Shown here: positions 41,814 to 51,927 of the stretch, in pieces | How the letters are laid out: every line of letters begins with the position of its first letter | Position numbering within the stretch: position 1 is the stretch's first letter | Source of the DNA: an uncultured delta proteobacterium | GTDB lineage: Bacteria; Desulfobacterota; Syntrophia; Syntrophales; CAMTWB01 | Reading direction: 5' to 3' | NCBI GenBank assembly: GCA_947085375.1 | Contig: CAMTWB010000008.1 | Location: forward strand, 3,507 to 67,506 | DNA length: 64,000 nt | The notes under the pieces: model-generated | Databases searched by the model: none | What the model was told of the DNA's origin: nothing | The model's input: only the letters and a program-made list of their open reading frames with translations | Translations under genes and position numbers: made by a program

Positions 41814-42749
41814 ATGTATTCCTTTCACCAACCGGTGCTCTTAGCCGAGACTTTGGCATCGCTTAATATTCATCCCGGCGGCATATATGTCGATGGGACG
41901 GTTGGCGGTGGCGGTCACGCCCGGGAAATACTGAAGCTGAGCGAGCCGGACGGCATCCTCATCGGCATTGACTTAGATGGAGATGCTCTGGGGAAAGCAG
42001 CGGAGGTGTTGCAGCCCTTTGGCGACCGGGTAGCGCTGGTGCGGGGTAATTACTCCCAGATGGCTGCGATATTGAAGTCTCTGAAATTCGAAAAATGTAA
42101 CGGCATCCTGCTTGATCTCGGGGTTTCATCCCACCAGTTGAACGAGGTCGGACGGGGGTTCAGTTTTTTGCATGATGGTCCTCTGGATATGCGCCTGGAC
42201 CAGAAAAGCGGGATAACCGCTCATTCAATAATTAACTTTGCACCCCAAGACCAGCTGGAAAACATAATCAAGACGTATGGCGAGGAAGTGATGGCCAGAC
42301 GGATCGCCCAAGCGATAGTAAAAAGGAGAAGCGTTTCGCTGATAGAAACGACGGGAGAGCTGGAAGACGTTATTTTCCATGCCCTGCCGCCCCAAAGGCG
42401 GGCGGGTAGAATTCATCCGGCCACTAAGATCTTCCAGGCCATCAGAATCGCCGTCAATCAGGAACTCGATCATCTTTCCGCGGCAATCGACTCTGCCGTT
42501 GATCTCCTTCTACCTGGCGGGAGGTTCTCCATCATATCATTTCACTCGCTGGAGGATCGGCTGGTCAAGAGGGGTTTTGCCATGCTGGCAGCAGCCTGTA
42601 TCTGTCCGCCCCGGTCGCCGGTATGTAATTGCACGACTAAGGCCCGGGGCCGGCTGATAACCAGAAGATCGATAACGCCTTCTGAAAGCGAAAAGAACGC
42701 AAACCCCCGCGCCAGAAGCGCGCGTCTGCGGACGGTAGAGAGGATTTGA
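41814..42749 (+). CDS. rsmH: 16S rRNA (cytosine1402-N4)-methyltransferase RsmH
   Basis: HQPVLLAE, YVDGTVGGGGHA, DLGVSSHQL, ISFHSLEDR. Confidence 0.95.
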   Translation: MYSFHQPVLLAETLASLNIHPGGIYVDGTVGGGGHAREILKLSEPDGILIGIDLDGDALGKAAEVLQPFGDRVALVRGNYSQMAAILKSLKFEKCNGILLDLGVSSHQLNEVGRGFSFLHDGPLDMRLDQKSGITAHSIINFAPQDQLENIIKTYGEEVMARRIAQAIVKRRSVSLIETTGELEDVIFHALPPQRRAGRIHPATKIFQAIRIAVNQELDHLSAAIDSAVDLLLPGGRFSIISFHSLEDRLVKRGFAMLAAACICPPRSPVCNCTTKARGRLITRRSITPSESEKNANPRARSARLRTVERI

Positions 42750-42752
42750 TCC

Positions 42753-43091
42753 ATGTTGCCTGGAGTTCTTGCCCGCACCTTGTCATATCGTTTTGGAGAA
42801 ATCGGTCCGGCCGTTGGGGAAAAGAAGGGCGTAAATCAAATTTATATGGTCGTATCGGCAGTTGTTATGATGCTCATCCTTTTGGGATATGTGTGGTCAC
42901 AGGTAAACATGACCAAGCTGGAATACAACGTGGCATCGCAATACGAATTGCGCAGAAAACTTTTAGAGGAGCAGAAGCGTCTCAATGGGGAGCTTGCCGT
43001 TCTTAAGGCTCCGAAGCGGATTGAAGTAGTTGCCCGGGGCAGTTTGGGTCTGTCATATCCGGAAATGGATCAGATTGTGTTTATAAAGTGA
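42753..43091 (+). CDS. ftsL: Cell division protein FtsL-like
   Basis: 112 aa with a single TM followed by a coiled coil, in the canonical position between rsmH and ftsI. Confidence 0.7.
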   Translation: MLPGVLARTLSYRFGEIGPAVGEKKGVNQIYMVVSAVVMMLILLGYVWSQVNMTKLEYNVASQYELRRKLLEEQKRLNGELAVLKAPKRIEVVARGSLGLSYPEMDQIVFIK

Positions 43092-43146
43092 GCCAGACAG
43101 TTTACCTGCTGCCTGGCGCAGTTTTAATAGTCGTCGGAGTTGGCTG

Positions 43147-45144
43147 ATGGCAGCTCAGGTAAATCATAACTTGAGAAAAAGGCTGATTTTTCTGGGGTAT
43201 TGTTTCTGCGTATTGTTCATCGCGATAGTCGCTCGTTCCTTCCATCTGCAGATATTATCGGCTGAATCTCTTAAGAGCAAAGCACAAAAGCAGCATACGC
43301 CGCCTTTGGTGGTCTTCCCGGAAAGGGGGAACATCTACGACCGCAACGGCGAGAAGCTGGCCTTTAGCATCATGGCCAAATCAGTCTTTGCTGACCCATC
43401 CAAAATTAGCAATCCAGCTGAGGCAGCCGCAAAGCTGGCGCCGATTCTCAATCTGGAAAGGGGTTATATCCTGAAGCGACTCAAGCAGGACACCAGATTT
43501 AGTTGGTTGGCGCGAAAAATTGACCTGCCAACTGTTCAGGCGGTCGAAAACCTTAAGTTGGAAGGGGTTTTCCTGATCGATGAGCCGAAACGCCACTACC
43601 CTAATGGAGAATTGGCAGGCCAGGTGCTGGGTTTTGTCGGAGTGGACAATAATGGACTGTCCGGCTTGGAGTATAAGTACGAATCACAGCTCAATGGCTC
43701 GCTCGAGGGTTTGGTATGGATACGGGACGCAAAGGGTAAAAAACTCTACCCCCGTCGCGAAAGGCTTGCCGGCCCAAGAGATAAGCCATTGAATATCACC
43801 CTAACCATTGATAAAAGGGTTCAGCATATTGTTGAGACGCAACTGAAAGAAGCTGTAGTTAAGAAGAATGCCAAAGGTGGGATTGCCCTGGTAATGGATC
43901 CGCGCACTGGTGAAATTCTGGCTATGGCATCAGAACCAGCTTTCAATCCCAACCTGCTGAACAGGGGCACCAAGGAAAAAAGTCAGATCAAGGTGATTTC
44001 AGAGAGTTTTGATCCCGGTTCCACCTTCAAGCCATTTTTGGCGGCTGCGGCCATGGAAGAGGGCGCAGCAAAAGAAACTGATCGCTTCTTCTGCGAAAAG
44101 GGGCAGTACGTTGTAGCTGATCGCGTGATCCGGGAAGCCCAAAGAAAAAGTTATGGCAGCCTCAATCTGCGTGAAGTAATGAAGTATTCCAGTAATATTG
44201 GCTCGGTTAAGTTGGTGGAGAAATTGGGTAAAGACAAGTTTTACGACTATGTGACGAGCTTTGGCTTTGGGGCGAGGACCGGGATTGACCTGCCGGGTGA
44301 GACTCCGGGGATACTAAGGCCGGCCGGCAGATGGACCAGGGTTGATACCGCCACAATTGCCTTTGGCCAGGGAGTTTCTGTGACTGCGATCCAGCTTTTG
44401 ACCGCAATGAGCGCCTTGGCCAATAATGGTGAACTTATGAAACCTTATATCGTCAAAGAAGTTTTTGATAATGAGCGAAAAAATGTCCGCCAGTTTGTGC
44501 CGACTCCGCTTAGGCAGGTGGTCTCTCCTGCGGTGGCCAAGAGGATCACGAGCATCCTGACTGAGGTGGTCAGTGCCCCTGATGGAACCGGGAAAAACGC
44601 CCGGATCACGAACGTGTCTGTAGCTGGTAAAACTGGGACGGCCCAAAAGTTTGACACCCGGCTCCGAAAGTATTCCTCTGAGCGGGTAAAAACATCTTTC
44701 ATCGGGTATTTTCCTGCAGAAAAGCCAAAAATAGCCCTTTTGGTTATCTTGGACGAACCCAAAAAAGATATGTGGGGCGGGCTTGCCTCCGCGCCCGTTT
44801 TCAGCAGCATCGGCGCCCAGATACTGACCTCTTTGAAAAGCGACATAATCGAAGCTCCTGCAGTTTTAGACAAAACGAAAGACCTGAGTCCGGCCATCAA
44901 ATTGAGACTGGTAGCCTCTCAGGAGACCCTGCTCAATTCTCACCTGCTGGAAAATCCGGTTGAAGACAATCGAATGCCGAATTTTCGAGGTATGACCATT
45001 AGAGATGTGCTCAAAGCTGCCCGGCAGAAGGGGATAGAGGTTAAGACCGTCGGGAGCGGTTGGGCGGTTCATCAGGAGCCCGCCGCAGGTTCGATTTTAG
45101 GAGACAGTCCCCATTGCCGGGTTTCCTTCAGTCCCGGCAAATAA
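43147..45144 (+). CDS. ftsI: Peptidoglycan D,D-transpeptidase FtsI (PBP3)
   Basis: A PBP dimerisation domain plus a transpeptidase domain (STFKP, SSN, KTGTA), with a C-terminal PASTA-like segment. Confidence 0.9.
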   Translation: MAAQVNHNLRKRLIFLGYCFCVLFIAIVARSFHLQILSAESLKSKAQKQHTPPLVVFPERGNIYDRNGEKLAFSIMAKSVFADPSKISNPAEAAAKLAPILNLERGYILKRLKQDTRFSWLARKIDLPTVQAVENLKLEGVFLIDEPKRHYPNGELAGQVLGFVGVDNNGLSGLEYKYESQLNGSLEGLVWIRDAKGKKLYPRRERLAGPRDKPLNITLTIDKRVQHIVETQLKEAVVKKNAKGGIALVMDPRTGEILAMASEPAFNPNLLNRGTKEKSQIKVISESFDPGSTFKPFLAAAAMEEGAAKETDRFFCEKGQYVVADRVIREAQRKSYGSLNLREVMKYSSNIGSVKLVEKLGKDKFYDYVTSFGFGARTGIDLPGETPGILRPAGRWTRVDTATIAFGQGVSVTAIQLLTAMSALANNGELMKPYIVKEVFDNERKNVRQFVPTPLRQVVSPAVAKRITSILTEVVSAPDGTGKNARITNVSVAGKTGTAQKFDTRLRKYSSERVKTSFIGYFPAEKPKIALLVILDEPKKDMWGGLASAPVFSSIGAQILTSLKSDIIEAPAVLDKTKDLSPAIKLRLVASQETLLNSHLLENPVEDNRMPNFRGMTIRDVLKAARQKGIEVKTVGSGWAVHQEPAAGSILGDSPHCRVSFSPGK

Positions 45145-45162
45145 AAACAACTGGAGGAAGGA

Positions 45163-48132
45163 ATGAAATTATCATCTCTCATAAGCGGCTTGGAACTTCT
45201 TGAGGTCAGGGGTGACATCGGCAACCGGGTTTCCTCGCTTTGCTATGATTCCCGAAAGTGTGCCCCGGATAGTGTTTTTGTTGCCATCCGGGGACTGAAG
45301 TCTGATGGACACAGCTGGCGGGAAGATGCCATAACGCGGGGGGCCAGGGCAGTTGTTCACGAAGATGACTATGATCCCCCGCCGGGAGTGGTCTCTGTCA
45401 AGGTTAGAGAAAGCCGCCTTGCCCTGGGAGCAATGGCGGCCAATTTTTTCCGTCATCCGGCTTCGGCAATCAATCTCATCGGTGTTACCGGAACCAACGG
45501 CAAGACCACGGTAACCTATTTGCTGGAATCCATCCTTAAATCAGCGGGGTTGCAAGTTGGCGTTATCGGTACCATCAATTACCGCTATGCCGACCGCTAT
45601 TTTTCCGCTCCCAACACCACCCCGGAGTCTTACGAGTTGCAGCGCATCTTGCGGGAAATGGCTGACGCGGGGGTGTCTCACGTTATTGCCGAGGTCTCCT
45701 CCCATGCGCTCCACTTAAAGAGAGTAGATGCCTGCGATTTCGATCTGGCCATCTTCACCAATTTATCTCAAGACCATCTCGATTACCATCAGACGATGGA
45801 GGATTACTTCCAGGCAAAAAAACGGCTTTTCAGCGAAGTATTACCGGCCGGCCGGAAGAGGGATAGGGCCAGAGCGGTAATCAATGCCGATGACCCCTGG
45901 GGGCGCAGACTGCTTGAAGAAATAAGCCTGCCTAAGATCACCTACGGGCTTACCGCTGTTTCTGACGTGCATGCCTTGGAGCAAAGGCTTTCCCTAGATG
46001 GGATAACCGCCGCCATCACAAGCAGCCTGGGAGTATTCGAAATCAAATCACCACTGACGGGCAGATATAATCTCGAGAATATCCTGGCGGCTGTGGCCGC
46101 TGCCCTTTCCCTGGGGATCGAGCCACGTTGCATTCAGGAGGGAATAGCAGCTTTGGCCAATGTGCCTGGTCGGCTGGAAAAAGTCAGCCGTCCGGGAGAA
46201 CCGGCGGTATTCGTCGATTATGCCCACACGGATGACGCCCTCTTAAATGTTCTGTCCCTCTTGAACCAATTCAGGCAGCGAAAAATCATCACCGTTTTCG
46301 GCTGTGGCGGGGACCGGGATCGGGGGAAAAGATCTAAAATGGGCCGGGTGGCTGCATCACTTTGCGATCTGATTGTAATTACCTCCGACAACCCGAGGTC
46401 CGAGGAACCAGCCAGGATAATGGCCGATATTGAAGCCGGGATCGATCGGATGGAGGTGCAAAAGATCACCGCGCAAAATGATTGCACAAGTGCTAAAGCC
46501 TATTTGATAATCTCAGATCGTAGTCAGGCAATAAAATGGGCAATCAATCAAGCACAGCCCTGCGATATCGTTCTCATCGCCGGCAAGGGCCACGAGGACT
46601 ACCAGATAATAGGCGATGCGAGACTCCATTTCGACGACCGGGAGGTGGCCCGGGCGGCCCTGGATTTACGGGCCGGGCCGACCAGGAAGCAGGCTTCTTA
46701 CGATCAGGTGAGCCAGGATCGGGATGATGAACCATGTCTATCCGTAGGCGATGTGCTGGCGGCTACCGGCGGACAACTCCTTAAAGGGGATCCTGATACT
46801 TTCTTTTACGGCATATCAACCGATTCCCGGTCAATCAAAGGGGGGAGTCTCTTCATTCCCCTTTCGGGGGCGCAATTTGATGGTCATGATTTTATCAATC
46901 AGGCGATAGCGATGGGCGCGGCCGGGTATCTCTGCCGGCCAGGGACGGAAAACCAGACATTGGAGGATACGGCAACAAAGGTGGCGATAGCAGTGCCGGA
47001 TACGCTTACGGCATTGGGGGACCTGGCCCGATACTGGCGGCGGCGCCTGCCCGTTTTGGTCGTGGCCATCACCGGCAGCGCTGGTAAAACAACAACCAAA
47101 GATATGACCGCCGCTATTCTGGAACTTGCCCGGCCAACCTTAAAGACCCAAGGGAACTTCAATAATCTCGTTGGCCTGCCATTAACAATATTTCGCCTTC
47201 GCCACTGCCACCAATTGGCGGTTTTGGAGTTGGGGATGAATACCCGGGGCGAGATCAGCCGTCTTACCAGAATTGCCCAGCCAGATGTGGGTCTGATCAC
47301 CAACGTCGGGCCGGCCCACCTGGAAAACTTGAAGACCATGGAGATGATCAGGGAAGAAAAGGGCGACCTGTTTCGGAACATGTCGCCTGATGGGATCGCG
47401 ATTATCAACCTAGACGATGAGGCCGTAAGGATTGTGGCCAGACAATGGGCTGGCCGACGGGTTACCTTCAGCCTCACCGGCCCGGCCGATGTGGTTGCCC
47501 AAGACCTGAGGCCCACGGAAAGCCAGGGGACTGATTTTTTGCTTAAGATCGGCCCTGAGTCCGGTCGGGTGAGACTTGCCGTGGCCGGCGACCACCAGGT
47601 GCGTAACGCCCTGGCCGCAGCCGCCTGCGCCTGGGCCTGTGGCATTTCCTGCGATGTAATCTGCCGCGGGTTGAACGGATTTGCCGCCTCGTCCGGCCGT
47701 TTCTGCATCAGTCAACTGGAAGGGGGAATATTTCTGGTTGATGATTGTTATAATGCCAATCCCGCCTCCATGAGGGAAGCCATGAAAACCATCGCCCTGT
47801 TGAAAGGTGGCAACAGGGCGGTTGCGGTTTTAGGAGATATGCTGGAATTGGGGGATGAGGCAAAACGCTATCACGAGGAACTGGGCGCCTTTGCGGTAGA
47901 ATGTCGTATGGATGCCCTTTTGCTCAAGGGTGAATTTCGTGCGGACTATGCCGCCGGAGCCCGCCTTGCGGGGCTGCCGGCGGACCGGATATTGTTCTTT
48001 GACCAGCCTGCGGAAGTAAGGGAGTACATCGCCGGGTGGTTGGGACCGGGCGATTGGGTTTTAGTTAAGGGATCCAGACGGATGAAGCTGGAGTCTGTAG
48101 TTGACGAACTCGTAAATAGTCGGAAAATGTAA
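45163..48132 (+). CDS. murE/murF: Fused MurE (UDP-MurNAc-tripeptide synthetase, DAP-type) - MurF (UDP-MurNAc-pentapeptide synthetase)
   Basis: The N-terminal half has GVTGTNGKTT, the DNPR motif (SDNPRSEEP) and IAGKGHEDYQ. The C-terminal half has AITGSAGKTTTKDM, DCYNANPASM and LGDMLELG. It is a single uninterrupted 989-codon frame. Confidence 0.85.
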   Translation: MKLSSLISGLELLEVRGDIGNRVSSLCYDSRKCAPDSVFVAIRGLKSDGHSWREDAITRGARAVVHEDDYDPPPGVVSVKVRESRLALGAMAANFFRHPASAINLIGVTGTNGKTTVTYLLESILKSAGLQVGVIGTINYRYADRYFSAPNTTPESYELQRILREMADAGVSHVIAEVSSHALHLKRVDACDFDLAIFTNLSQDHLDYHQTMEDYFQAKKRLFSEVLPAGRKRDRARAVINADDPWGRRLLEEISLPKITYGLTAVSDVHALEQRLSLDGITAAITSSLGVFEIKSPLTGRYNLENILAAVAAALSLGIEPRCIQEGIAALANVPGRLEKVSRPGEPAVFVDYAHTDDALLNVLSLLNQFRQRKIITVFGCGGDRDRGKRSKMGRVAASLCDLIVITSDNPRSEEPARIMADIEAGIDRMEVQKITAQNDCTSAKAYLIISDRSQAIKWAINQAQPCDIVLIAGKGHEDYQIIGDARLHFDDREVARAALDLRAGPTRKQASYDQVSQDRDDEPCLSVGDVLAATGGQLLKGDPDTFFYGISTDSRSIKGGSLFIPLSGAQFDGHDFINQAIAMGAAGYLCRPGTENQTLEDTATKVAIAVPDTLTALGDLARYWRRRLPVLVVAITGSAGKTTTKDMTAAILELARPTLKTQGNFNNLVGLPLTIFRLRHCHQLAVLELGMNTRGEISRLTRIAQPDVGLITNVGPAHLENLKTMEMIREEKGDLFRNMSPDGIAIINLDDEAVRIVARQWAGRRVTFSLTGPADVVAQDLRPTESQGTDFLLKIGPESGRVRLAVAGDHQVRNALAAAACAWACGISCDVICRGLNGFAASSGRFCISQLEGGIFLVDDCYNANPASMREAMKTIALLKGGNRAVAVLGDMLELGDEAKRYHEELGAFAVECRMDALLLKGEFRADYAAGARLAGLPADRILFFDQPAEVREYIAGWLGPGDWVLVKGSRRMKLESVVDELVNSRKM

Positions 48133-48137
48133 ATGTT

Positions 48138-48223
48138 GTGACGGCTTTGTAAAAAGCAGGCAAGACGGCCAAATCCCCCTGTAGGGGCGCACCTGCGTGT
48201 GCGCCCACATTACGAAGTCGTTG
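48138..48223. repeat. TIR-bounded intergenic repeat (GTAAAAAG family) between murF and mraY
   Basis: Left end GTGACGGCTTTGTAAAAAGC and right end CACATTACGAAGTCGTTG. Internal hairpins CCCCTgtAGGGG and GGGCGCACctgcgtGTGCGCCC. Confidence 0.6.
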
Positions 48224-48259
48224 TAGTTGACGAGATAAAAACCACTGGGAGTAAGTAAT

Positions 48260-49339
48260 TTGTTATATCATCTGCTGTATCCGTTACATGAAATCTATAG
48301 CTTCTTCAACGTCTTTCGATATATCACGTTTAGGACGATCTACGCCGCCATCACGGCCCTCATCATCTGTTTTATCCTCGGACCCTGGTTGATCAGGAAA
48401 CTGCAAACGCTGCAGATGGGACAACCCATCCGGGAAAATGGTCCCAGTTCTCACATCACAAAAAAAGGAACGCCCACGATGGGAGGGATTCTCGTTATCT
48501 TTGCCGTGGCGGTCTCAACCTTGTTGTGGGCAAATCTTACCGTAGATTATGTCTGGTACGTTCTGGTCGTTACCATTGGCTTTGGGATAATCGGCTTTAT
48601 GGACGACTATCGGAAACTATCACAAAACAGCAGCCGGGGTGTCTCCGGGGCCACCAAATTCCTGGTCGAATTGCTGATTGCCCTTTTAATCAGCATAGGC
48701 CTGTATTTTAAAGCCGGATTCACAACCAGTATCGCCGTTCCCTTCTTTAAGACCTACCTGCCGGATCCAGGAGTCTTTTATATCCTTATCGCCACCTTCA
48801 TTATCGTCGGAACGGCCAACGCAGTGAATCTCACCGACGGACTCGATGGGTTGGCTATCGGGCCTTCCATTACCTGTTTCATGACGTATCTTTTGTTTGC
48901 TTATTTTGCCGGCAACATCAAGATCGCCAGTTATCTGCAGATTCCTTATGTGCCAGGGACCGGGGAACTGGCGATCTTCTGCGGCGCCATAGCTGGGGCA
49001 GGAATCGGATTCCTCTGGTACAACGCCTATCCCGCCCAGATATTTATGGGCGACGTGGGGTCCCTTTCACTGGGGGGTGCGCTGGGAACAATGGCCATCG
49101 TGACAAAACAGGAGATTTTGCTGGTAATTGTGGGTGGCGTTTTCGTCCTGGAAACCCTGTCCGTGATATTTCAGGTCGGCTGGTTCAAACTCAGCGGGGG
49201 AAAGAGGATCTTACGGATGGCCCCGCTGCACCATCATTTTGAGCTCAAGGGCTGGGCGGAACCTAAGGTAATCGTCCGTTTCTGGATCATTTCAATTCTC
49301 CTGGCGCTGGTGGCAATCAGCACCTTGAAGCTAAGGTAG
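48260..49339 (+). CDS. mraY: Phospho-N-acetylmuramoyl-pentapeptide transferase
   Basis: [24 protein letters not shown], and [12 protein letters not shown] start. Confidence 0.95.
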   Translation: MLYHLLYPLHEIYSFFNVFRYITFRTIYAAITALIICFILGPWLIRKLQTLQMGQPIRENGPSSHITKKGTPTMGGILVIFAVAVSTLLWANLTVDYVWYVLVVTIGFGIIGFMDDYRKLSQNSSRGVSGATKFLVELLIALLISIGLYFKAGFTTSIAVPFFKTYLPDPGVFYILIATFIIVGTANAVNLTDGLDGLAIGPSITCFMTYLLFAYFAGNIKIASYLQIPYVPGTGELAIFCGAIAGAGIGFLWYNAYPAQIFMGDVGSLSLGGALGTMAIVTKQEILLVIVGGVFVLETLSVIFQVGWFKLSGGKRILRMAPLHHHFELKGWAEPKVIVRFWIISILLALVAISTLKLR

Positions 49340-49344
49340 GTATT

Positions 49345-50694
49345 GTGATGATGCTGGAAGGGAAAAGAACATTGGTTGTTGGGTTGGGCAAGACAGGGCT
49401 TGCCGCCGTACGCTTTCTTTTAGACCAAAAGGCGCAGGTAGTGGCGACAGATATTATGCCCCGGGAAGAGATTCATAAAACCTTGCAATCCCTCCCGGGG
49501 AAGGCCCCCCTGCTTGAGGTGTCTGAGTATGGCGAAAAAGCTCTGGCCGGGGTGGACCTGGTGATCCCCTCTCCTGGAGTGCCCCCTGACGATATTATTC
49601 TCCATGCCGCGTTAAGAGCGGGAATCCCGATCATAAGCGAGTTGGAGTTGGCCTTTAAATATCTTACTATACCGCTTCTGGCGATTACCGGAACCAACGG
49701 CAAGACTACGACGGTTACCCTGTTGGGTGAGATACTTAAGCAATGCGGCCGGTCGGTATTTGTCGGCGGCAATATCGGCGCCCCGTTGATCGGGTATGTC
49801 GCCGGACCCCAGCAAGATGATTATGTGGTGGCCGAGGTAAGCAGTTTTCAACTTCAATGGACTGAGAGTTTCCGGCCACAGGTGGCGGCGCTTTTGAACA
49901 TAACCGATGACCATCTGGACTATCATGGATCATTTGCCGCCTACCGCCAGAGCAAGGAGCGGATATTTGAAAATCAGCTAGCGGGGGACCTGGCCATTAT
50001 AAATGCCGGTGAGGACTGGGCCGCGCCCCTGTCGGCCAGGCTTGTCTCCCGCCAGCAATATTTCAGCGCTCGGGTATCTTGTACGCCGGGAATATTTCTT
50101 CAGGGAAACCACCTGATCTGTGAGGACAGCTCAGGTGCAAGAGAAGAATACCCCCTCGACATGATTATGATTCCGGGGAAGCATAACATCGAAAATGTAA
50201 TGGCGGCGATTTTGGCGGCCCGAGAATGCGGCTGCCCGCCCACAGGTATTATCGCCGCGATCAGATCCTTCCGGGGAATTGCCCATCGGATTGAGTATGC
50301 TGGCAAGAGGGGCGATGTTCTGTTTTACGATGATTCCAAGGGGACCAATGTGGGAGCGGTGCAGCGGGCGCTCGAAACCTTTGATCGTCCAATAATTCTG
50401 CTTATGGGCGGTCGCGATAAGGATAGCGATTTCAGTCAACTGGCGCCATTTATCCCGGGCAGAGTGAAGCGACTGATCACCTTTGGCGAGGCCGGCGGTA
50501 AGATTGCCTCTGCCTTGGAGGGGAGCGTAAAAACCAGCAGGGCCCAATGGTTAAAAGACGCCGTTGTCTTGGCCTGTGAGCATTCCCAACCGGGGGACGT
50601 GATTCTTTTATCCCCCGGCTGCGCCAGTTTCGATGAGTTTTCCAACTACGCCGAGCGGGGAAGGTTTTTTAAAGATGTTATCAAAAATATTTAA
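49345..50694 (+). CDS. murD: UDP-N-acetylmuramoylalanine--D-glutamate ligase
   Basis: VVGLGKTGLA, ITGTNGKTTT, DDSKGTN. Confidence 0.95.
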   Translation: MMMLEGKRTLVVGLGKTGLAAVRFLLDQKAQVVATDIMPREEIHKTLQSLPGKAPLLEVSEYGEKALAGVDLVIPSPGVPPDDIILHAALRAGIPIISELELAFKYLTIPLLAITGTNGKTTTVTLLGEILKQCGRSVFVGGNIGAPLIGYVAGPQQDDYVVAEVSSFQLQWTESFRPQVAALLNITDDHLDYHGSFAAYRQSKERIFENQLAGDLAIINAGEDWAAPLSARLVSRQQYFSARVSCTPGIFLQGNHLICEDSSGAREEYPLDMIMIPGKHNIENVMAAILAARECGCPPTGIIAAIRSFRGIAHRIEYAGKRGDVLFYDDSKGTNVGAVQRALETFDRPIILLMGGRDKDSDFSQLAPFIPGRVKRLITFGEAGGKIASALEGSVKTSRAQWLKDAVVLACEHSQPGDVILLSPGCASFDEFSNYAERGRFFKDVIKNI

Positions 50695-51805
50695 GAAAAC
50701 GCCGCTTCGCCCCGCAGCAGGGAGCACCGATATCCTGCTTTTGGGAGCGGCCCTGGCTTTGATTGCCTTCGGCACGGTGATGATCTACAGCTCAAGCTCT
50801 CTTTTGGCTCTGGACAAGTTTAAAGACGGCGAATTTTACGTTAAAAAACAGTTGTTATTTCTGATAATAGGAATGGTCGTCATGACGCTTGCAAGCAAGA
50901 TCAACTATAGTGTCTGGAGCACACTGGCCTACCCGGCCCTGGTGACATCCTTTATCTTGCTTGCTCTTTTGTTTATCCCCGGCTTTGGCGTGCGTGCCGG
51001 GGGGGCGACGAGGTGGCTTAAGCTGGGGGGACTTACTTTTCAGGTGGTGGAGGTGGTTAAGATCGGCCTGGTAATTTTTCTCGCCCATTACCTGTCCCTG
51101 CATTGGAAAAAATTGGAAAATCTGGGTGCACCTTTTTATGTTTCGCTGACAGCGGCCGGTCTTTTGGCGGCCATGATCTACCTGCAGCCAGACTACGGAA
51201 GCGCCATCCTCATTGCGGCTATTGCCATTATAATGCTCTTTCTGGCTGGCATCAGGATCAAGCATCTGCTGATTTTAGGGATCATTTTTGTTCCGGTCAT
51301 GGGTGGCCTGCTGTTTCTGAAGGGATACCGGGTAGAGCGGCTGACAACCTTCCTGGACCCGTGGAAGGATCCTTTGAAATCGGGCTTTCAGATAATTCAG
51401 TCTTTTATCTCCTTTGGTTCCGGGGGGGCAACCGGCGTTGGCTTGGGTGGAGGCATACAGAAGCTCTTCTATCTGCCGGAGGCGCATACCGACTTTATCC
51501 TGGCCATCATCGCCGAAGAAAGCGGTCTCATCGGTGTCATAATGGTGATTGCCTTATATGCAATTTTGATCTATCGCGGGTTTGCAATTGCCTATCGGGT
51601 AGCCGATTTTTTTGGCTACCTGCTGGCGGCTGGTCTTACCCTGGTGATTGCCTTTGGGGTGGTGATAAATATTCTTGGTGTCATGGGCCTTATTCCCTTG
51701 AAAGGAATGGCCCTTCCTTTTTTAAGTTACGGTGGGACATCGCTTTTGGCAAGTATGGCGGCGGTGGGAATTCTTCTAAATATTTCCAGCCATTGCCGCA
51801 GGTAA
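50675..51805 (+). CDS. ftsW: Peptidoglycan glycosyltransferase FtsW (SEDS family)
   Basis: A polytopic SEDS protein (LPEAHTDFI, GLIPLKGMALPFLSYGGTS). Start set at ATG 50675 (MLSKIF), overlapping the murD end. Confidence 0.9.
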   Translation: MLSKIFKKTPLRPAAGSTDILLLGAALALIAFGTVMIYSSSSLLALDKFKDGEFYVKKQLLFLIIGMVVMTLASKINYSVWSTLAYPALVTSFILLALLFIPGFGVRAGGATRWLKLGGLTFQVVEVVKIGLVIFLAHYLSLHWKKLENLGAPFYVSLTAAGLLAAMIYLQPDYGSAILIAAIAIIMLFLAGIRIKHLLILGIIFVPVMGGLLFLKGYRVERLTTFLDPWKDPLKSGFQIIQSFISFGSGGATGVGLGGGIQKLFYLPEAHTDFILAIIAEESGLIGVIMVIALYAILIYRGFAIAYRVADFFGYLLAAGLTLVIAFGVVINILGVMGLIPLKGMALPFLSYGGTSLLASMAAVGILLNISSHCRR

Positions 51806-51927
51806 GTGTCAATGATCAATTATCAATGATCAATGAACAATTAAGGTACTTTCATTGGTCATTGATTGGTTTTTACGCAGTCCTAACAACCTACAGTCTA
51901 AACAACCTAATTAGTTACGCGGGTTAC
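51806..51927. repeat. Repeat-rich ftsW-murG spacer
   Basis: TCAATGATCAAT x2 (51809-51820, 51823-51834). A 14-bp stem CAATGATCAATGAA (51824-51837) / TTCATTGGTCATTG (51851-51864) with 1 G-T. A GGTTTTTACGCAGTC end-like motif (51867-51881). TAACAACCTA / TAAACAACCTA direct repeat (51884-51908). Confidence 0.55.
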
